Position numbers and translations under genes: made by a program
Assembly: GCA_964016885.1 (NCBI GenBank)
Contig: OZ024761.1
Coordinates: forward strand, 1,054,001 to 1,118,000
Length of the DNA stretch: 64,000 nt
Direction: 5' to 3'
DNA from: Eledone cirrhosa
Lineage: Eukaryota
The notes under the pieces: generated by a model
Told to the model about the DNA's origin: nothing
Databases searched by the model: none
The model's input: only the letters and a program-made list of their open reading frames with translations
In this document: positions 27,050 to 40,094 of the stretch, piece after piece
Layout: every line of letters begins with the position of its first letter
Numbering within the stretch: position 1 is the stretch's first letter

Positions 27050-27745
27050 TCTTTGATAGGTTTGATGCCGAGTTCTGCATGGCTGGAATGAAAATCAGTG
27101 CTGCAAAACCTGAGACACTTGTCCACTCAAGGAAGCCTGTGCACTGAACTCTACATGTGAATGGAAGTCCACTGAAGCAGGTAGAGAAGTTCAAGTATCT
27201 CGGGGCTATGTTCATGAGTGATGGAAGGCATGAGGCTGAATTAAGTGCAAGAATTGTAAAATCTGATGCAGTAATGTGCCAGCTTCAGCATTCAGTAATC
27301 AGAAGAAGGGAGGTAGGCGTAAAAGTCAAACTCCCTATCTTCAATTCGGTTTTTGTGCCAACCTTTAACTATAGTCATGAATCTTGGGTAATGACCGAAA
27401 GAATATGATCGTGAATGCAAGCGGCCGAAATGGGATTCTTCCAAAGAGGTCTTTTTGGAGTAATGTTATTCAATAGTGTGCATAGCTTGAGGATCAGAGA
27501 GTCACTCCAGGTAGAGCCACTATTTCTCTGAATTGAGAGATCACAGCTCTGATATTACAGACATGTGGTTAGAATGTATCAAGAAAAAATTGCTGGACAG
27601 ATTTTATGGGCAAAATCAGCCAGCAGGATGGTTGGATAACATTCATGAGTTTGGCTGGTCACACTTGGGGATCCAGCTGGATCAATTGGTTCTGACAGGA
27701 CCCACTATCAGGCATGTTTGAGGACTCTGCTCCTATGACACCAGC
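27050..27745 (+). mobile_element. Third RTE family lacking the PHD insert, decayed 3' part (pieces also at 29890-30150, 47530-47700, 63580-63910)
   Basis: VEKFKYLG, then SHESWVMT and IERSQL-like RTE C-terminal motifs; the four loci are similar to each other. Confidence 0.75.
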
Positions 27746-28785
27746 ATAACCAGTTTACAGTGTACTGGGTACATTTATTTGTGGCACTGACACTACTATT
27801 TTACAGAGTGTACTGGGTACATCTTATCATGTGCATCTTATCATAGCACCAGAATTACCAGGTATGCGTGTATACAAATAAATAAATAATTATATAAACG
27901 TATATAAATAAATAAATACGTATATACACACACACACATATTTATATGTGTGGGGTTTTGTATACCTATGGTAAGTTTTTGCGTATGCTTGTGTATGTAC
28001 GTATTTGTTTGCGTGTATGTATTTATTTTTTTCTATTACTTCTGTATTTTATTTATTTACTTTGTTCTTAACTCTGTAGCAGATATTCATTTGGTCTCCT
28101 AGTTAGAATTTTAGTCTACGACTTCTGCTATACTATTTACGTGGTTTTGTCTTTGCGTGCTATTGTTCTCCACACTCCACATATGACGTATTATCTTCGT
28201 TTTTTCGTTCATTGCCAGAGAACGTCTCTATGCACCACCTAAGAAAACATTAGTCTACGACCTCTTTTATACCATTAACGTGGTTCTGTCTTTGCGCGTA
28301 ATTGTTTTTCACCGCTCCTATTAATGACGTATTATATTCGTTTTTTCCCGTTCTTTGCCAGCGAACGTTTCCATGAACCAAAGTATCGTCTTCATGTCTT
28401 CCTCCGGTTGCAACGTTTTTTGAAATATCCAGTTCTGCGTTTACAGATTGACTTTGTTAGTTTCAGAAGATCCCGTTAAGGGTGAAAGCAGCGATTCTTT
28501 GCTTAAACTTTAATCTGTTATTTTAATAAATATATATATATATATATATAATAATGAAATTATTGTATAAAGTGCTCAGGTGCACTACAACTTGTCAAAG
28601 GTGTATGTATAGTACATAGAATAATATACAAATGTCAGGGAAGTGAATAGTGTATGAGTCATGATATATATATATATGTATGTAAAAGGTAAACAGAAAT
28701 GACAACACAATATATGTATATATATATATATATATCATCATCATCATCATCATTTTACGTCCGCTTTTCCCTGCTTGCACATATG

Positions 28786-28816
<31 letters not shown>

Positions 28817-29184
28817 GTATATATGTATATATGTATATATATATTTACATATCTATATATATGTACACCCATCAACATACCCAAGTCACCCTGTCAACAA
28901 ACAATATCTGTTTGTTTCAATGATAACTACTAACTCCTGACTTAACATGACATCCTGTTACCTTTCTGTTGGTTAATGACATCATCTTGTCAGCTAGGTA
29001 TAGGTAATTTATCTACACCTTGCTGGCAACTCAGGACTTAAGAGACAACAGTCCTTTTTGTCAGCAAAACACATACAAATATGGGTTGGGATCAGGAAGG
29101 GCCTCCTGTCTTAGAATATTGCCTCAAAAATGTCTCATCCAACCCATGCTAGTACAAACAGACTTAAAGACAATGGTGATCATT

Positions 29185-29605
29185 ACAATGATGATGATGA
29201 TATGACAAGGATGATGATGATAATGATGATGATAATGATGATGATGAGGAAGATGATGATGACAATGATGATGATGATGATGATGATGATGACAATGATG
29301 ATGACAAGGACGATGATGAGGATGATGATGATGACAATGATGATGATGATGAGGATGATGATGATGACAATGATGATGATGACAAGGACGATGATGATGA
29401 CAATGATGATGATAATAATAATGATGATGACAATGATGATGATGATGATGACAATGATGACAATGATGATGATGATGATGATGACAAGAACAATGATGAT
29501 GATGATAATGATGATGATGACAATGTTGATGATAATAATGATGATGATGACAATGTTGTTGGTGATGGTGATGACAATGCTGATGATGATGATGATGGTG
29601 ATGAC
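29185..29605. repeat. Imperfect (GAT)n microsatellite next to the exon donor
   Basis: Direct inspection. Confidence 0.95.
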
Positions 29606-29630
29606 AGCTAGGCAATAGGTGAAGACCTAC

Positions 29631-29692
29631 CTTTGGTATTGCCGTAAAGCATCAAACAAGTGTTCTTCATCTTTTGGTATTAATTTTTTCAC
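29631..29692 (-). CDS. USH1C: Harmonin-like exon (VKKLIPKDEEHLFDALRQYQS)
   Basis: ttttacag acceptor, gtaggt donor, phase 0 to 2. Aligns by eye to harmonin [23 protein letters not shown]. Confidence 0.85.
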
Positions 29693-30795
29693 CTGTAAAA
29701 TAGTAAAACAATATATTTTAGTATTAATTTTTTCACCTGTAAAATAATAAAACAATATATTTTAGTATTAATTTTTTTCACCTGTAAAATAGTAAAACAA
29801 TATATTTTAGTATTAGGTACAAAATGTATTGGCTCTACCTCTAAATTTTGTACCTAATATCAAAATATATTGTTTTATATATATATATTTCTGAATTGAG
29901 AGATCAAAGTTCTGATACTATAGGCATGTGGTTAGAATGTTTCTGGAAAGAATTGCTGGACAAAACCAACCGACAAGAGACCCAGGGGTAGACTCAGAGC
30001 AAGATGGTTGGATAACATCCATGAGCTTGGTGGTCATGCTTAGGGATCCAGCCAGATCAGTTGGAGATGGTTGTTTCTGACAGGACCCACTGAAAGGAGT
30101 GTTTGAGGACTCTGCCCTCCACAACCCTCTCAAGAATAAGTGGGCGAAAAAAAAGAAGGTATGAAAATGTGTCTTTTAATTATAATATATAAGAGTGGTG
30201 GATTTTCAGAGGTTGAAGCATTGGTACAAAATGTAGTGGCTCTACCTTTAAATTTTGTACCTCTTTCCCTTTTTCATTTCATATCAGGGCATTATTGTTC
30301 TTGGAGGAGGAGCCCCCCCCCCCCCTGGACTGCCTCTAATGACATCAGTAGGGAACTAGCCTTGGCCTCTCAGGTCCAAAATGAAGAGTAAGGTGTTCTC
30401 TTCATTTCATTCTTTGTTGTCTCCTTGGTCTGATTCATTTTTGTGGAGTCCACTCCGTCATTCTGATGGCCAAAGGATGGATGAATTCACTAGAGTCAAT
30501 GGCCATCGAATAGTGTGTATATACACGCAAATATGCATATGTATGTGTGTATATATAATGATTTCTGGTATAGGCACAAGGCCAGTCATTTTTTTTGGGG
30601 GGGGGGGGGGAGAAAGTCGATTAAATCAACCCCAGTACATTACTGGTACTTTATTTTATCCACCTCGTAAGGATGAAAGGCAAAGCTAACCTCGGTGGGA
30701 TTTGAACTCAGACCATAAAGGACCGTAACTCTATGCTGCAAAGCATGGCATCCGACACTCTACCAATACTGTCAATCCACCGCCCTCATGTGTGT

Positions 30796-31245
30796 ATCAT
30801 CATCATCATCATCACCGTTTTACGTCCGTTCTTCCACGCTAGCATGGGTTAGACGGGTTGTCCTGTTGTGGGCAGTGTCTGGTCGGCTGACCATGCCTTG
30901 CTCATACAGGAACTGATCTGGCTTGATTTCTACAGCTGGATGCCCTTCCTAACACCAACCTCATTTACAGTGAGTGCTGGGTGCTTTTTCGTGGCGCCTA
31001 CACGTCCACTTTACAGTGTGGGCTGGGTGCTTTTTTGCCGTGGCACCTCCACGGCCACCTTGCGGTGGGGGGGGGGGGGGCATATTGTTTATATGCTTCA
31101 GCATGTACCCATGGGAGGTCGGGTACCCTGTATTACTGCGTGACGCCAGAAGTCACGGTCGTGTGTCATTGACTTTGAGAGGTGTAGTTGGGTAAGGTCG
31201 GCTTTTATCACCTCATCCCAAGTCATCTTGGGTCTCCCCACTCCG
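30796..31245 (-). mobile_element. RTE 3' end with composite 3'UTR
   Basis: GRPKMTWDEVIKADL on the minus strand, then the ttaggaagggcatccagc domain and (ATG)n tail. Confidence 0.7.
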
Positions 31246-32220
31246 CGGGGAGACCCAAGATGATATATATAATAGTACTAATATTATAATATAATAATAG
31301 TATTAATGAGAGAAAATATACTGATTTATTGGCTGGTTTTTAGCTCAATGCAATGAGGGTTTCAAATAACAAATGAGGTCTTTTACAATATATTGTATTT
31401 CCAATCTTGGTAGTTATTTTAAAAATGGTAAGCTCAGACTGGTAGTTTCTACATTGGAACAAATAGTTCCAAAGAGTTTCTGGGAAGTCACCACAAGAAC
31501 ATAGAAGTGATTCTCTGTGACCTGTTCATAATAAAATATAGTTCAATGGTATATATCCAGTTCGAAGCCAGCATAGTCTTTTTTTTTTTTTTTGTTAACA
31601 TAAAGATATATGTCACATACTTAACCGGAGCTAAGACAAATTTGAATATACCTCTATATCATCAATTTTCTTGCCAATCAGAGTGTGTGTATGTATCATC
31701 ATCATCATCATCATCATCAATGTTTAACGTCCGTGTTCCACGCTTGCATGGGTTTGGACGGGGGTAGTCCCACTTGAGGCAAGAGTGATTGTCTTGCTCG
31801 CATAGGACTGTCTGGCAGGTTTTCTACAGTTGGATGCCCTTCCTAACACCAACCACATTTACAGTGTGGGGCTGGGAGGTTTTTACCGTGTTGCCTACAC
31901 GGCCACATTACAGCGTGGACTGTGTGTTTTTTTGTCATGACACCTACACGATCTCATTTGTTTCGGCCTGGATGGTGTGGCACCAACATAACTTTACATA
32001 GAACGGGGTGGTGTGGATGGGGTGGGGGGTAGGGGGGGGGGGGGGAGTATTTTGTTAGAGATGCCTACTGGCTGTAGTAGGTTTTACTATGTATTTAGGT
32101 AAGGCGGGTCTTCTCTGTTACTGAGTATCGCCAAAGGTCTCGGTATATATATATATATTTAATTACTTTACCTTTTCTTCGGAAATACTTAATGCACACA
32201 CACACACAAATATGTATATG

Positions 32221-32301
<81 letters not shown>

Positions 32302-33254
32302 ATATATATATAAAAACGCATAAAAAAAAAATGAGTTGATTTTAAAACGTTACTACAAGGCAAATGGAGCTATACAATATTGAAGTAAAAATACCAGAAA
32401 AGTGAAGAAGAAAGAAAAATAACAAAGAAGTCAATGTTACATTGGGATTGTTTAATAAGGAGAGACTACACCCAACTGGCTTCTATTCATTCTCGACATT
32501 CATCAGTCTCTCATAGTAACATTTCCAGACCTCTTTCTTTTGAGCATCAGTGGTATTAAGTGTAGCAGTGTCATTTCTAACACACTTTTCCACAACAAGA
32601 TCCCAATTCACGCTGAGATATCGCCTTGCAATGCAGAACACTACACGTTTCCGATCTAATCTAATCTCACATCTCAATCTAATCTAATCTAATCTGGCCG
32701 AGTTTACACTTGCAAATAAGAAGAACCAGGGTTGCCCCTGGGAGCATTGGATTTGGTGTATTTCATATTTGTTTTGGTTGCTGAATACAATCAGGGGTCG
32801 CTGCTCCTCCTGAAGGTCAATAGTTCTCTTCTAACTCAAGTGTGAGCGCCTTTCCATTGTCAATTTGTATTGATCATCTGCAAAGTCACATTGTTCTCAG
32901 AACCACTACACAAGTCGTTTGATGATGTAGCTGGAACTACTGCCACCTATTGATTTGGTTGGATATTTTTTTTTTTAGATGGCCATTGACTCTTACGAGT
33001 TCTTCTGCCCCTTGTCAGGTTTTGCACAGGTTTTGTCAGGTTTTGTCCTGCACATCTCTGGCAAACTTTCTTTTTTCAGCCTCTCTCCAAGTTGTGTATA
33101 CCTGTTGTCTATGTTCTCTCTTTGGTATCTGGTACCAGTCTCTGCTACTCTGATTTTTTCAGTCTTTCTATACCTGTCTCTTGGTTTAAATAGTCCTACC
33201 CAGTGTGTTGGTCCCCAATCAGGCCACCCTCTAGCTGGTACTTTACCATGTACC

Positions 33255-33610
33255 CAACAGAAGGACCAGCAATTAAAGTTGACAGTTATAGGGTCCAAAG
33301 AGAAATAAAGGAGATGAAGAACGGTAATGTTAAAGGTATTAGGAAAAGTAGGAGTCAAACTAGTAACCCACAGAGTTAATCTGTTAATACAGGATGGTGT
33401 CATACCCAATAACTGGTGCAGCAGTACAATCATAAATTACTACAAGGGAAAAGATGATGCTCTAGAAAGGAGCAAATATACAGGAATAAAAACTAATGGA
33501 CCAAGTTATGGAAGTGATAGAAAGTGTTATAGCACAACTAATTAGGGAAAGAGTCAAATTAGATGAGATGCAGTTTGGTTTCATGCCTGGGAAAAGTACT
33601 ACAGATACTT
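33255..33610 (+). mobile_element. Old internal RTE RT fragment (others at 32480-32650 - and 60230-60760 +)
   Basis: [32 protein letters not shown]. Confidence 0.8.
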
Positions 33611-34266
33611 TCAAATCGCTGAGACTCACAGAGGTGTGTGTATGCATGTATCCATTTATAGAAGTATATATATATGTATATATAAACATATATATAAACA
33701 TATATATATAAACATATATATATAAACATATATATGTATATAAACATATATATATATATAAACATATATATATATAAACATATATATATAAACATATATA
33801 TCATCATCATCATCATCATCGTTTAACGTCCATGTTCCACGCTTGCATGGGTTTGGACGGGAGTTTTCCCACTTGAGGCAAGAGTGGTTGTCTTGCTCGC
33901 ATAGGACTGTCTGGCGGGTTTTCTACAGCTGGATGCCCTTCCTAACACCAACCACATTTACAGTGTGGGGCTGGGAGGTTTTTACCGTGTTGCCTACACG
34001 GCCACATTACAACGTGGACTGTGTGTTTTTTTGTCGTGACACCTACACGATCTCATTTGTTTCGGCCTGGATGTTGTGGCACCAACATATATATATATAT
34101 ATATAAACATATATATAAACATATATATATATATATATATATAATTGGTGTTGGATGCTTAAAGCGTCCGTATGAGCACTCGATGCTCTCATAGAGCAGA
34201 GTATGATATCACAGAAAAAAAGAGAATCAGTGTTGCGACGAATGGAATTTATTGGACATAAATCAA

Positions 34267-34362
34267 GACGTATCTGAGGACCTTGTAATTTTCAGAGTCA
34301 TGTTCGATCATCACATCGATCGTGCCTCGATCTGGTTGCCAGAGAAACGATTGTAATATGTC
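34267..34362 (+). ncRNA. Hammerhead-like motif with branched insert (homologs at 75-164 - and 1835-1921 -)
   Basis: GACGUAU-CUGAGGA-[63 nt, several hairpins]-GAAAC gauu GUA-AUAUGUC. Confidence 0.65.
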
Positions 34363-34579
34363 TAATAAATTCCATTCGTCGCAACACTGATTCTCTTTTT
34401 TTCTGTGTGTGATATATATATATTTTAGAGTATGCTTTCTTCAGACAAAATACAATAATTCATGTATAAAATTGTGACATACCCATAAAATAGACCTTAT
34501 GAAGTCAACTTAAAATGGGCATGTGTTTTAAAATATCTAAGGATGCAAATTAAATACTTATCAACAAAGCCTATAACTC

Positions 34580-34676
<97 letters not shown>

Positions 34677-34780
34677 GAAATACAAATGATGGTTGGAAAA
34701 TCACTGACGAAGGACTATTTTTATCATATGTAACCTATGTGCATCCATGCAGTATTCTTCTTTCTTCTCATGTTTTATAT

Positions 34781-34813
<33 letters not shown>

Positions 34814-35056
34814 CACTTATACATACACAAACATGCACACATATACACACACAAATGTGTAGAATAAAGACAAATGTTTCAGTTTCTATACAAACAGGTG
34901 TAAATATATAGAACAAATAAGTTACTCTAAGATAAGATAAGAAAAAGAGAAGAATAGTTATGTGAGGGGAAGGGGTTGTATGGAACTTTACACATACATA
35001 TATATATACATACATATATATATATGTATATATATTTATATATATATACACATGCA

Positions 35057-35089
<33 letters not shown>

Positions 35090-38000
35090 TTCAAAACAAT
35101 CCATATTTCGTATCAAGTCCAAATAGCCAATCTATCGCTAAAACAAACTACATTTTCTGTTTCTATTAAGTGCTAAATACGTAGGTTTTTGGACGTATTT
35201 AACAGAACAAATTTTGTATTTTTGTTAATCGCTTGTTAAATGCATGGACCCCACTCAATCATTACCTTCTTGCTAGCTACCCAACACCCCTCCCTCCCAC
35301 CCCCACACACCACCATTGCTATTACGTGGACCAATCATAAAACAGAGCCCCCACGCATCACCAGTATTATTACGCGGACCAATCAGAAACCAGAGGCCTA
35401 TACTATCGCTTGCCTGGTTGCCTTTCGATATACGATATATGATGGATGGATGGACTGCGGAATCCTGGAGAGTGGAGGTGAGAGAGAAAAATCTGGACGC
35501 TCAGCGACAATGCCAAAGATAAAGACAAATTCACCCCTTGGACGAGAATGCGAGCACTCTTCATTGTTTCGACCGCGGACGGCTAACATAACCCCATCGC
35601 CCCCCGCCCCTCACCGCCCCCAACCCCCAAACGCAATCCAAAACTTCAGAGTTGGTACCATAAATGTAGGCACCCTAAAGGGTCGCGCTAACGAGGTTGT
35701 AGAAATGCTTGAACGTAAGGAGGTCGATGTTTGTTGTATTCAAGAGACCAGGTGGAGGGGTGGGTCTGCTAGGTTCATTGATGGTAAAAAACGATGTTAT
35801 AAGCTTTTCTGGGTGGGAAACGACGATGGGCTGGGTGGAGTAGGAATCATGGTAGCAGAAAAGTGGGCAGATAAGATAATAGACGTAAATAGAGTGAACG
35901 ACAGAATAATTAAAATACGACTTGTCCTCAATAGAACTACGGTGACAGTAATATCTGCGTACGCACCCCAATCCGGACTGCCCGGCACTATAAAAGACAG
36001 ATTCTATGAGACACTGATGCTAACTACCTCCCAAATATCCGACAGTGACTATATAATTATCGCAGGCGACCTAAATGGTCACGTTGGACAACATTGTGAC
36101 GGCTACGACGAAATCCATGGAGGCTATGGGTTTGGTACTAGAAATGAGGAAGGCTCCAGAATCCTGGAATTCTGTGATGCAAATAACCTAACTATCTGTA
36201 ACACTAACTTCAAAAAACGTGACAATCACCTGATCACCTATAGATCCGGGGAACACACAAGCCAGGTAGATTATATCCTTACCAGAAGACGTGACAGAGT
36301 GTCTGTTGTTAACACTAAATCCCTCCCCCATGAAGAATGCACCTCCCAACATAGACTGATAATTAGCGACCTCATAGTCAGGACGAGACGTACTCGACAA
36401 CAGAAGAGGACTATCCTCAGGAGGAAAATATGGAAGCTAAAGGACCCCACAGCCAGGAATAAATTTCAAAGCATATTACTTGATGCTTTCGACAGTAAGG
36501 AAGAACATTTAGAGTCGGACAATATAGAGGGAGAGTGGGAATTTCTGAAAGCAAACCTGCTGTTGGCGACAGACGAGGTCTGTGGCTGGAGCAGGCCTGT
36601 AGGCAGGAGGAGAGTAACATGGTGGTGGAACAGTAAGGTGGAGGGGTCAATTAAGGCCAAAAAGCAGGCTTGGAAAGTATGGCGGGATGGGGGAAGTAGA
36701 GAGGACTATCAAGTGGCCAGGAGGGAAGCTAGGAGACAAGTGTACTTAGCAAGAAGGGAAGCTGAGGAAAGAAAGTTCAAGCATGTTCTACAACGCGATG
36801 ACCAAAAACGTGAGGTGTTCAGGATTGCTAGGCAATGCGTCAAGGAAAACCGTGATATTGTCGGGGAGAAGTGTGTACTAAACGACGATGGCACACTTGC
36901 CATCACCGACGCTGATAAGAAGGTAGCTTGGAAGTGTCACTATGAAAGGCTTCTAAATGAGGAGAATAATTGGGAGAAAGGCAGTCTCCCCCATATCGAC
37001 CCAATAGAGGGACCAGCAGTGTTAGTCGAGGGGAGTATAATAAGTAAGGCAATCAAGGATATGAAGACTGGTAAGGCGGCTGGGCCTTCGGAAATAGTTG
37101 CTGAGATGCTGAAGGCATCTGGCACGGTGGGACACACCATGGTCACCCGCATAGTTAACCAAGTCGTACAGAATGGGGTTGTTCCGAAGGACTGGCATAG
37201 CAGCATCATCGTTAACTGTTATAAGGGTAAAGGAGACGCCCTAGATAGGAGTAACTATAGAGGCATTAAATTAATCGACCAGGTCATGAAGGTCACGGAA
37301 AGAGTAATAGCGCAACTAATCAGAGAGAGAATTGACCTAGATGAAATGCAGTTCGGGTTTGTGTCAGGCAAAAGTACCACAGACGCTCTTTTCATAGTAC
37401 GACAACTACAGGAGAAGTACCTAGCTAAAGGTAAACCCCTCTACTTAGCTTTTGTCGACTTGGAGAAAGCCTTCGACAGAGTCCCCCGCTCCATTATCTG
37501 GTGGGCTCTTAGAAAACTAGGCGTTGACGAATGGCTTGTGAGGGCTATACAAGCCATGTATAAAGAAACAGTCAGCAAGGTTAGAATTAACAACGAATAT
37601 AGTGAAGAGTTTAGCGTAAAAGTTGGCGTCCATCAGGGCTCTGTTCTCAGTCCACTACTATTTATTATTGCCCTTCAGGCTATAACAGAGGAGTTCAAGA
37701 CAGGCTGCCCATGGGAACTCCTATACGCAGACGACCTGACACTCATAGCGGAATCAATGGCCGAGCTAGAGAAGAAATTCCAAACATGGAAGCACGGCCT
37801 AGAGTCAAAAGGACTTAAAATTAACCTGGCTAAGACCAAAGTACTAGTTTGTAGGAAAGAAAACAAGGCGGCGGTCCCTTCTGGGAAATGGTCGTGCTCG
37901 GTGTGTAGGAAAGGCGTAGGTAGAAACTCCATTTTATGTCCTAAATGCAAAGTATGGGTGCATAAAAGATGTAGTGGGATCACAGGTAAGCTAACTAAGA

Positions 38001-39074
38001 ACATAGATTTTACATGTGGCCGGTGCTCTGGTGCAATAAGTAGCAGCAAGTGCCCACAAACTACTAGCTCTTTCAATTGCGCAGAGGGTTCTATAGAAAT
38101 AGTGGACAGCTTCCGTTACCTGGGCGATAAAATCAGCAGTGGGGGAGGGTGCTCTGAAAGTACTGTAGCTAGAGTCAGAACTGGTTGGAAAAAGTTCAGA
38201 GAGCTTATACCACTATTAGCTGCTAAAGGGTTCTCACTAAAAATGAAAGGCAGGTTGTACGATGCCTGCATACGAACAGCAATGCTGCATGGCAGTGAGA
38301 CCTGGGCATTGTGTGCAGAGGATATACGCAGACTAGAGAGGAACGAAGCTTGCATGCTCCGCTGGATGTGTAACAGTAATATACGTGAACGGCAAAGCAT
38401 AAACGAACTAAGGAAAAAATTAGAGATAAGAGGGATCAGATGTTGTTTACTCGAGAGAAGGCTACGTTGGTATGGACACGTGATGCGCATGAAAGTCGAT
38501 AGCTGTATAACAAAGTGCAGGGCAATAAAGATAGACGGTAGTCACGGAATAGGCAGACCTAGAAAAACCTGGGACGAGCTGATAAACTCCGACATCACAC
38601 ACTTACACCTCTCCAAGACAATGTCACTGGACCGAGACCTTTGGCGGTACTCAGTAACAGAGAAGACCCGCCTTACCTAAATATATAGTAAAACCTACTC
38701 CAGCCAGTAGGCATCTCTAACAAAATACACCCCGTCCCACCACCACCACCCCCACCCGATCCACACCACCCCGTTCTATGTAAAGTTATGTTGGTGCCGC
38801 GCCATCGAGGCCGAAACAAATGAGATCGTGTAGGTGTCACGACAAAAAAACACAGTCCACGCTGTAATGTGGCCGTGTAGGCAACACGGTAAAAACCTCC
38901 CAGACCCACACTGTAAATGTGGTTGGTGTTAGGAAGGGCATCCAACTGTAGAAAACCTGCCAGACAGTCCTATGCGAGCAAGACAATCACTCTTGCCTCA
39001 AGTGGGACTACCCCCGTCCAAACCCATGCAAGCGTGGAACACGGACGTTAAACGTTGATGATGATGATGATGAT
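35090..39074 (+). mobile_element. Apparently full-length RTE LINE, family A
   Basis: Single ORF, about 390-bp 3'UTR and (GAT)n tail, flanked by (TA)n. The 5' boundary is approximate. Confidence 0.9.
35240..38680 (+). CDS. Intact RTE-clade LINE ORF: APE endonuclease, RT and PHD-type finger (likely start at ATG 35510)
   Basis: APE motifs NVGTL, QETRW, SAYAP, GDLNGH, VDYIL; RT motifs YRGIKL, QFGF, DLEKAFD, QGSVLSP, YADD, FRYLG; RTE C-terminal [15 protein letters not shown]; no stops in 1146 codons. Confidence 0.95.
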   Translation: MHGPHSIITFLLATQHPSLPPPHTTIAITWTNHKTEPPRITSIITRTNQKPEAYTIACLVAFRYTIYDGWMDCGILESGGEREKSGRSATMPKIKTNSPLGRECEHSSLFRPRTANITPSPPAPHRPQPPNAIQNFRVGTINVGTLKGRANEVVEMLERKEVDVCCIQETRWRGGSARFIDGKKRCYKLFWVGNDDGLGGVGIMVAEKWADKIIDVNRVNDRIIKIRLVLNRTTVTVISAYAPQSGLPGTIKDRFYETLMLTTSQISDSDYIIIAGDLNGHVGQHCDGYDEIHGGYGFGTRNEEGSRILEFCDANNLTICNTNFKKRDNHLITYRSGEHTSQVDYILTRRRDRVSVVNTKSLPHEECTSQHRLIISDLIVRTRRTRQQKRTILRRKIWKLKDPTARNKFQSILLDAFDSKEEHLESDNIEGEWEFLKANLLLATDEVCGWSRPVGRRRVTWWWNSKVEGSIKAKKQAWKVWRDGGSREDYQVARREARRQVYLARREAEERKFKHVLQRDDQKREVFRIARQCVKENRDIVGEKCVLNDDGTLAITDADKKVAWKCHYERLLNEENNWEKGSLPHIDPIEGPAVLVEGSIISKAIKDMKTGKAAGPSEIVAEMLKASGTVGHTMVTRIVNQVVQNGVVPKDWHSSIIVNCYKGKGDALDRSNYRGIKLIDQVMKVTERVIAQLIRERIDLDEMQFGFVSGKSTTDALFIVRQLQEKYLAKGKPLYLAFVDLEKAFDRVPRSIIWWALRKLGVDEWLVRAIQAMYKETVSKVRINNEYSEEFSVKVGVHQGSVLSPLLFIIALQAITEEFKTGCPWELLYADDLTLIAESMAELEKKFQTWKHGLESKGLKINLAKTKVLVCRKENKAAVPSGKWSCSVCRKGVGRNSILCPKCKVWVHKRCSGITGKLTKNIDFTCGRCSGAISSSKCPQTTSSFNCAEGSIEIVDSFRYLGDKISSGGGCSESTVARVRTGWKKFRELIPLLAAKGFSLKMKGRLYDACIRTAMLHGSETWALCAEDIRRLERNEACMLRWMCNSNIRERQSINELRKKLEIRGIRCCLLERRLRWYGHVMRMKVDSCITKCRAIKIDGSHGIGRPRKTWDELINSDITHLHLSKTMSLDRDLWRYSVTEKTRLT

Positions 39075-40094
39075 ATATATATATATACACATACACATCT
39101 TTATTCACGTTGCTCCAGTTTACTCAGCTGTAGAAATGAGATGATAGGACTGGGGTCCCTATCATTAAATCACCCAAGACACCTCTAACGAGATATACCT
39201 TGGGGGAGGCCAGCTAAACCTGCATAGGTGTGAGCTATAACATATATATACACACATATGTATATAGAAGAAGTTACTCTAACTAACAGCTTGTAGCTGT
39301 CACAGCTTTCACAATGTGTAACTCTATAAGTACATTAACTATTTCATCAGCGTATTTCTAATGAAAGATACTGATAAAGATTTTCAGTTAATTCTGAAAA
39401 TAGTCCGAAAAACATGGGATTTCTTCATCATCATCGTCATTTTTATGTCTGCTTTTTCATACGTGGTTGGGTCCTTTTCAGCTCAGCATCTCGCCATTAG
39501 TCTCATTCTTTCATCATCTCCTCTATGAGTTTCAGTGACTTGAAATGAGCTCTCACCACCATTGCCCAGGTCTTTTGGTAATATAAATAACTTTCTCGTT
39601 ATTAAGGTGGTGTTTGGAAAATAACTTTAAAATGGCTGTTATGATGGATGAAGTTAGATGAATATGTGCACTTTTAAACAAACAACTTTAACCCTTTAGC
39701 ATTTAAACTGGCCCTATCTGGCCAGAATTCTCTCATGTCTTTCTGCTCAAACTGGCCATAACTGGTCACTCATACTGATGCTAAGGTATTGTTCTCAAAA
39801 TAAATAACACCAAAATCTCATAGATTTGATATTATGTGAGATAATTATGTGAGGTAAAGTCTTTACCGTGAAAATACAATAGTAAATATAGAATAATGTA
39901 AATACTAAAGCGTTAGAGTCATAGAAACAGGGATTAGTGTCAGGTAATTTATTGTCAAAAGGTGTAATAAAACTTCAAGATAAAACAGCTATATCTCCCT
40001 CAAATGACACACTCTCATCATCACCATAATCAACATGTCTTTTAGTCTCCTGTTAATATACCCCAGTTAAGATCTTCTTGTTCTTTAATTCCCA

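Noticed and set aside
28464-28495. Active hammerhead in the CAGAAGA family
   Set aside because: U4-to-A change in all copies and no convincing helix I; kept only as an HHR-like remnant.
29124-29618. Poly-His, poly-Met and poly-Ser ORFs, and the many YIYI ORFs elsewhere
   Set aside because: Microsatellite translation artefacts.
32700-33250. Possible coding fragment (ORF 32993-33433)
   Set aside because: No recognisable domain or splice-consistent frame.
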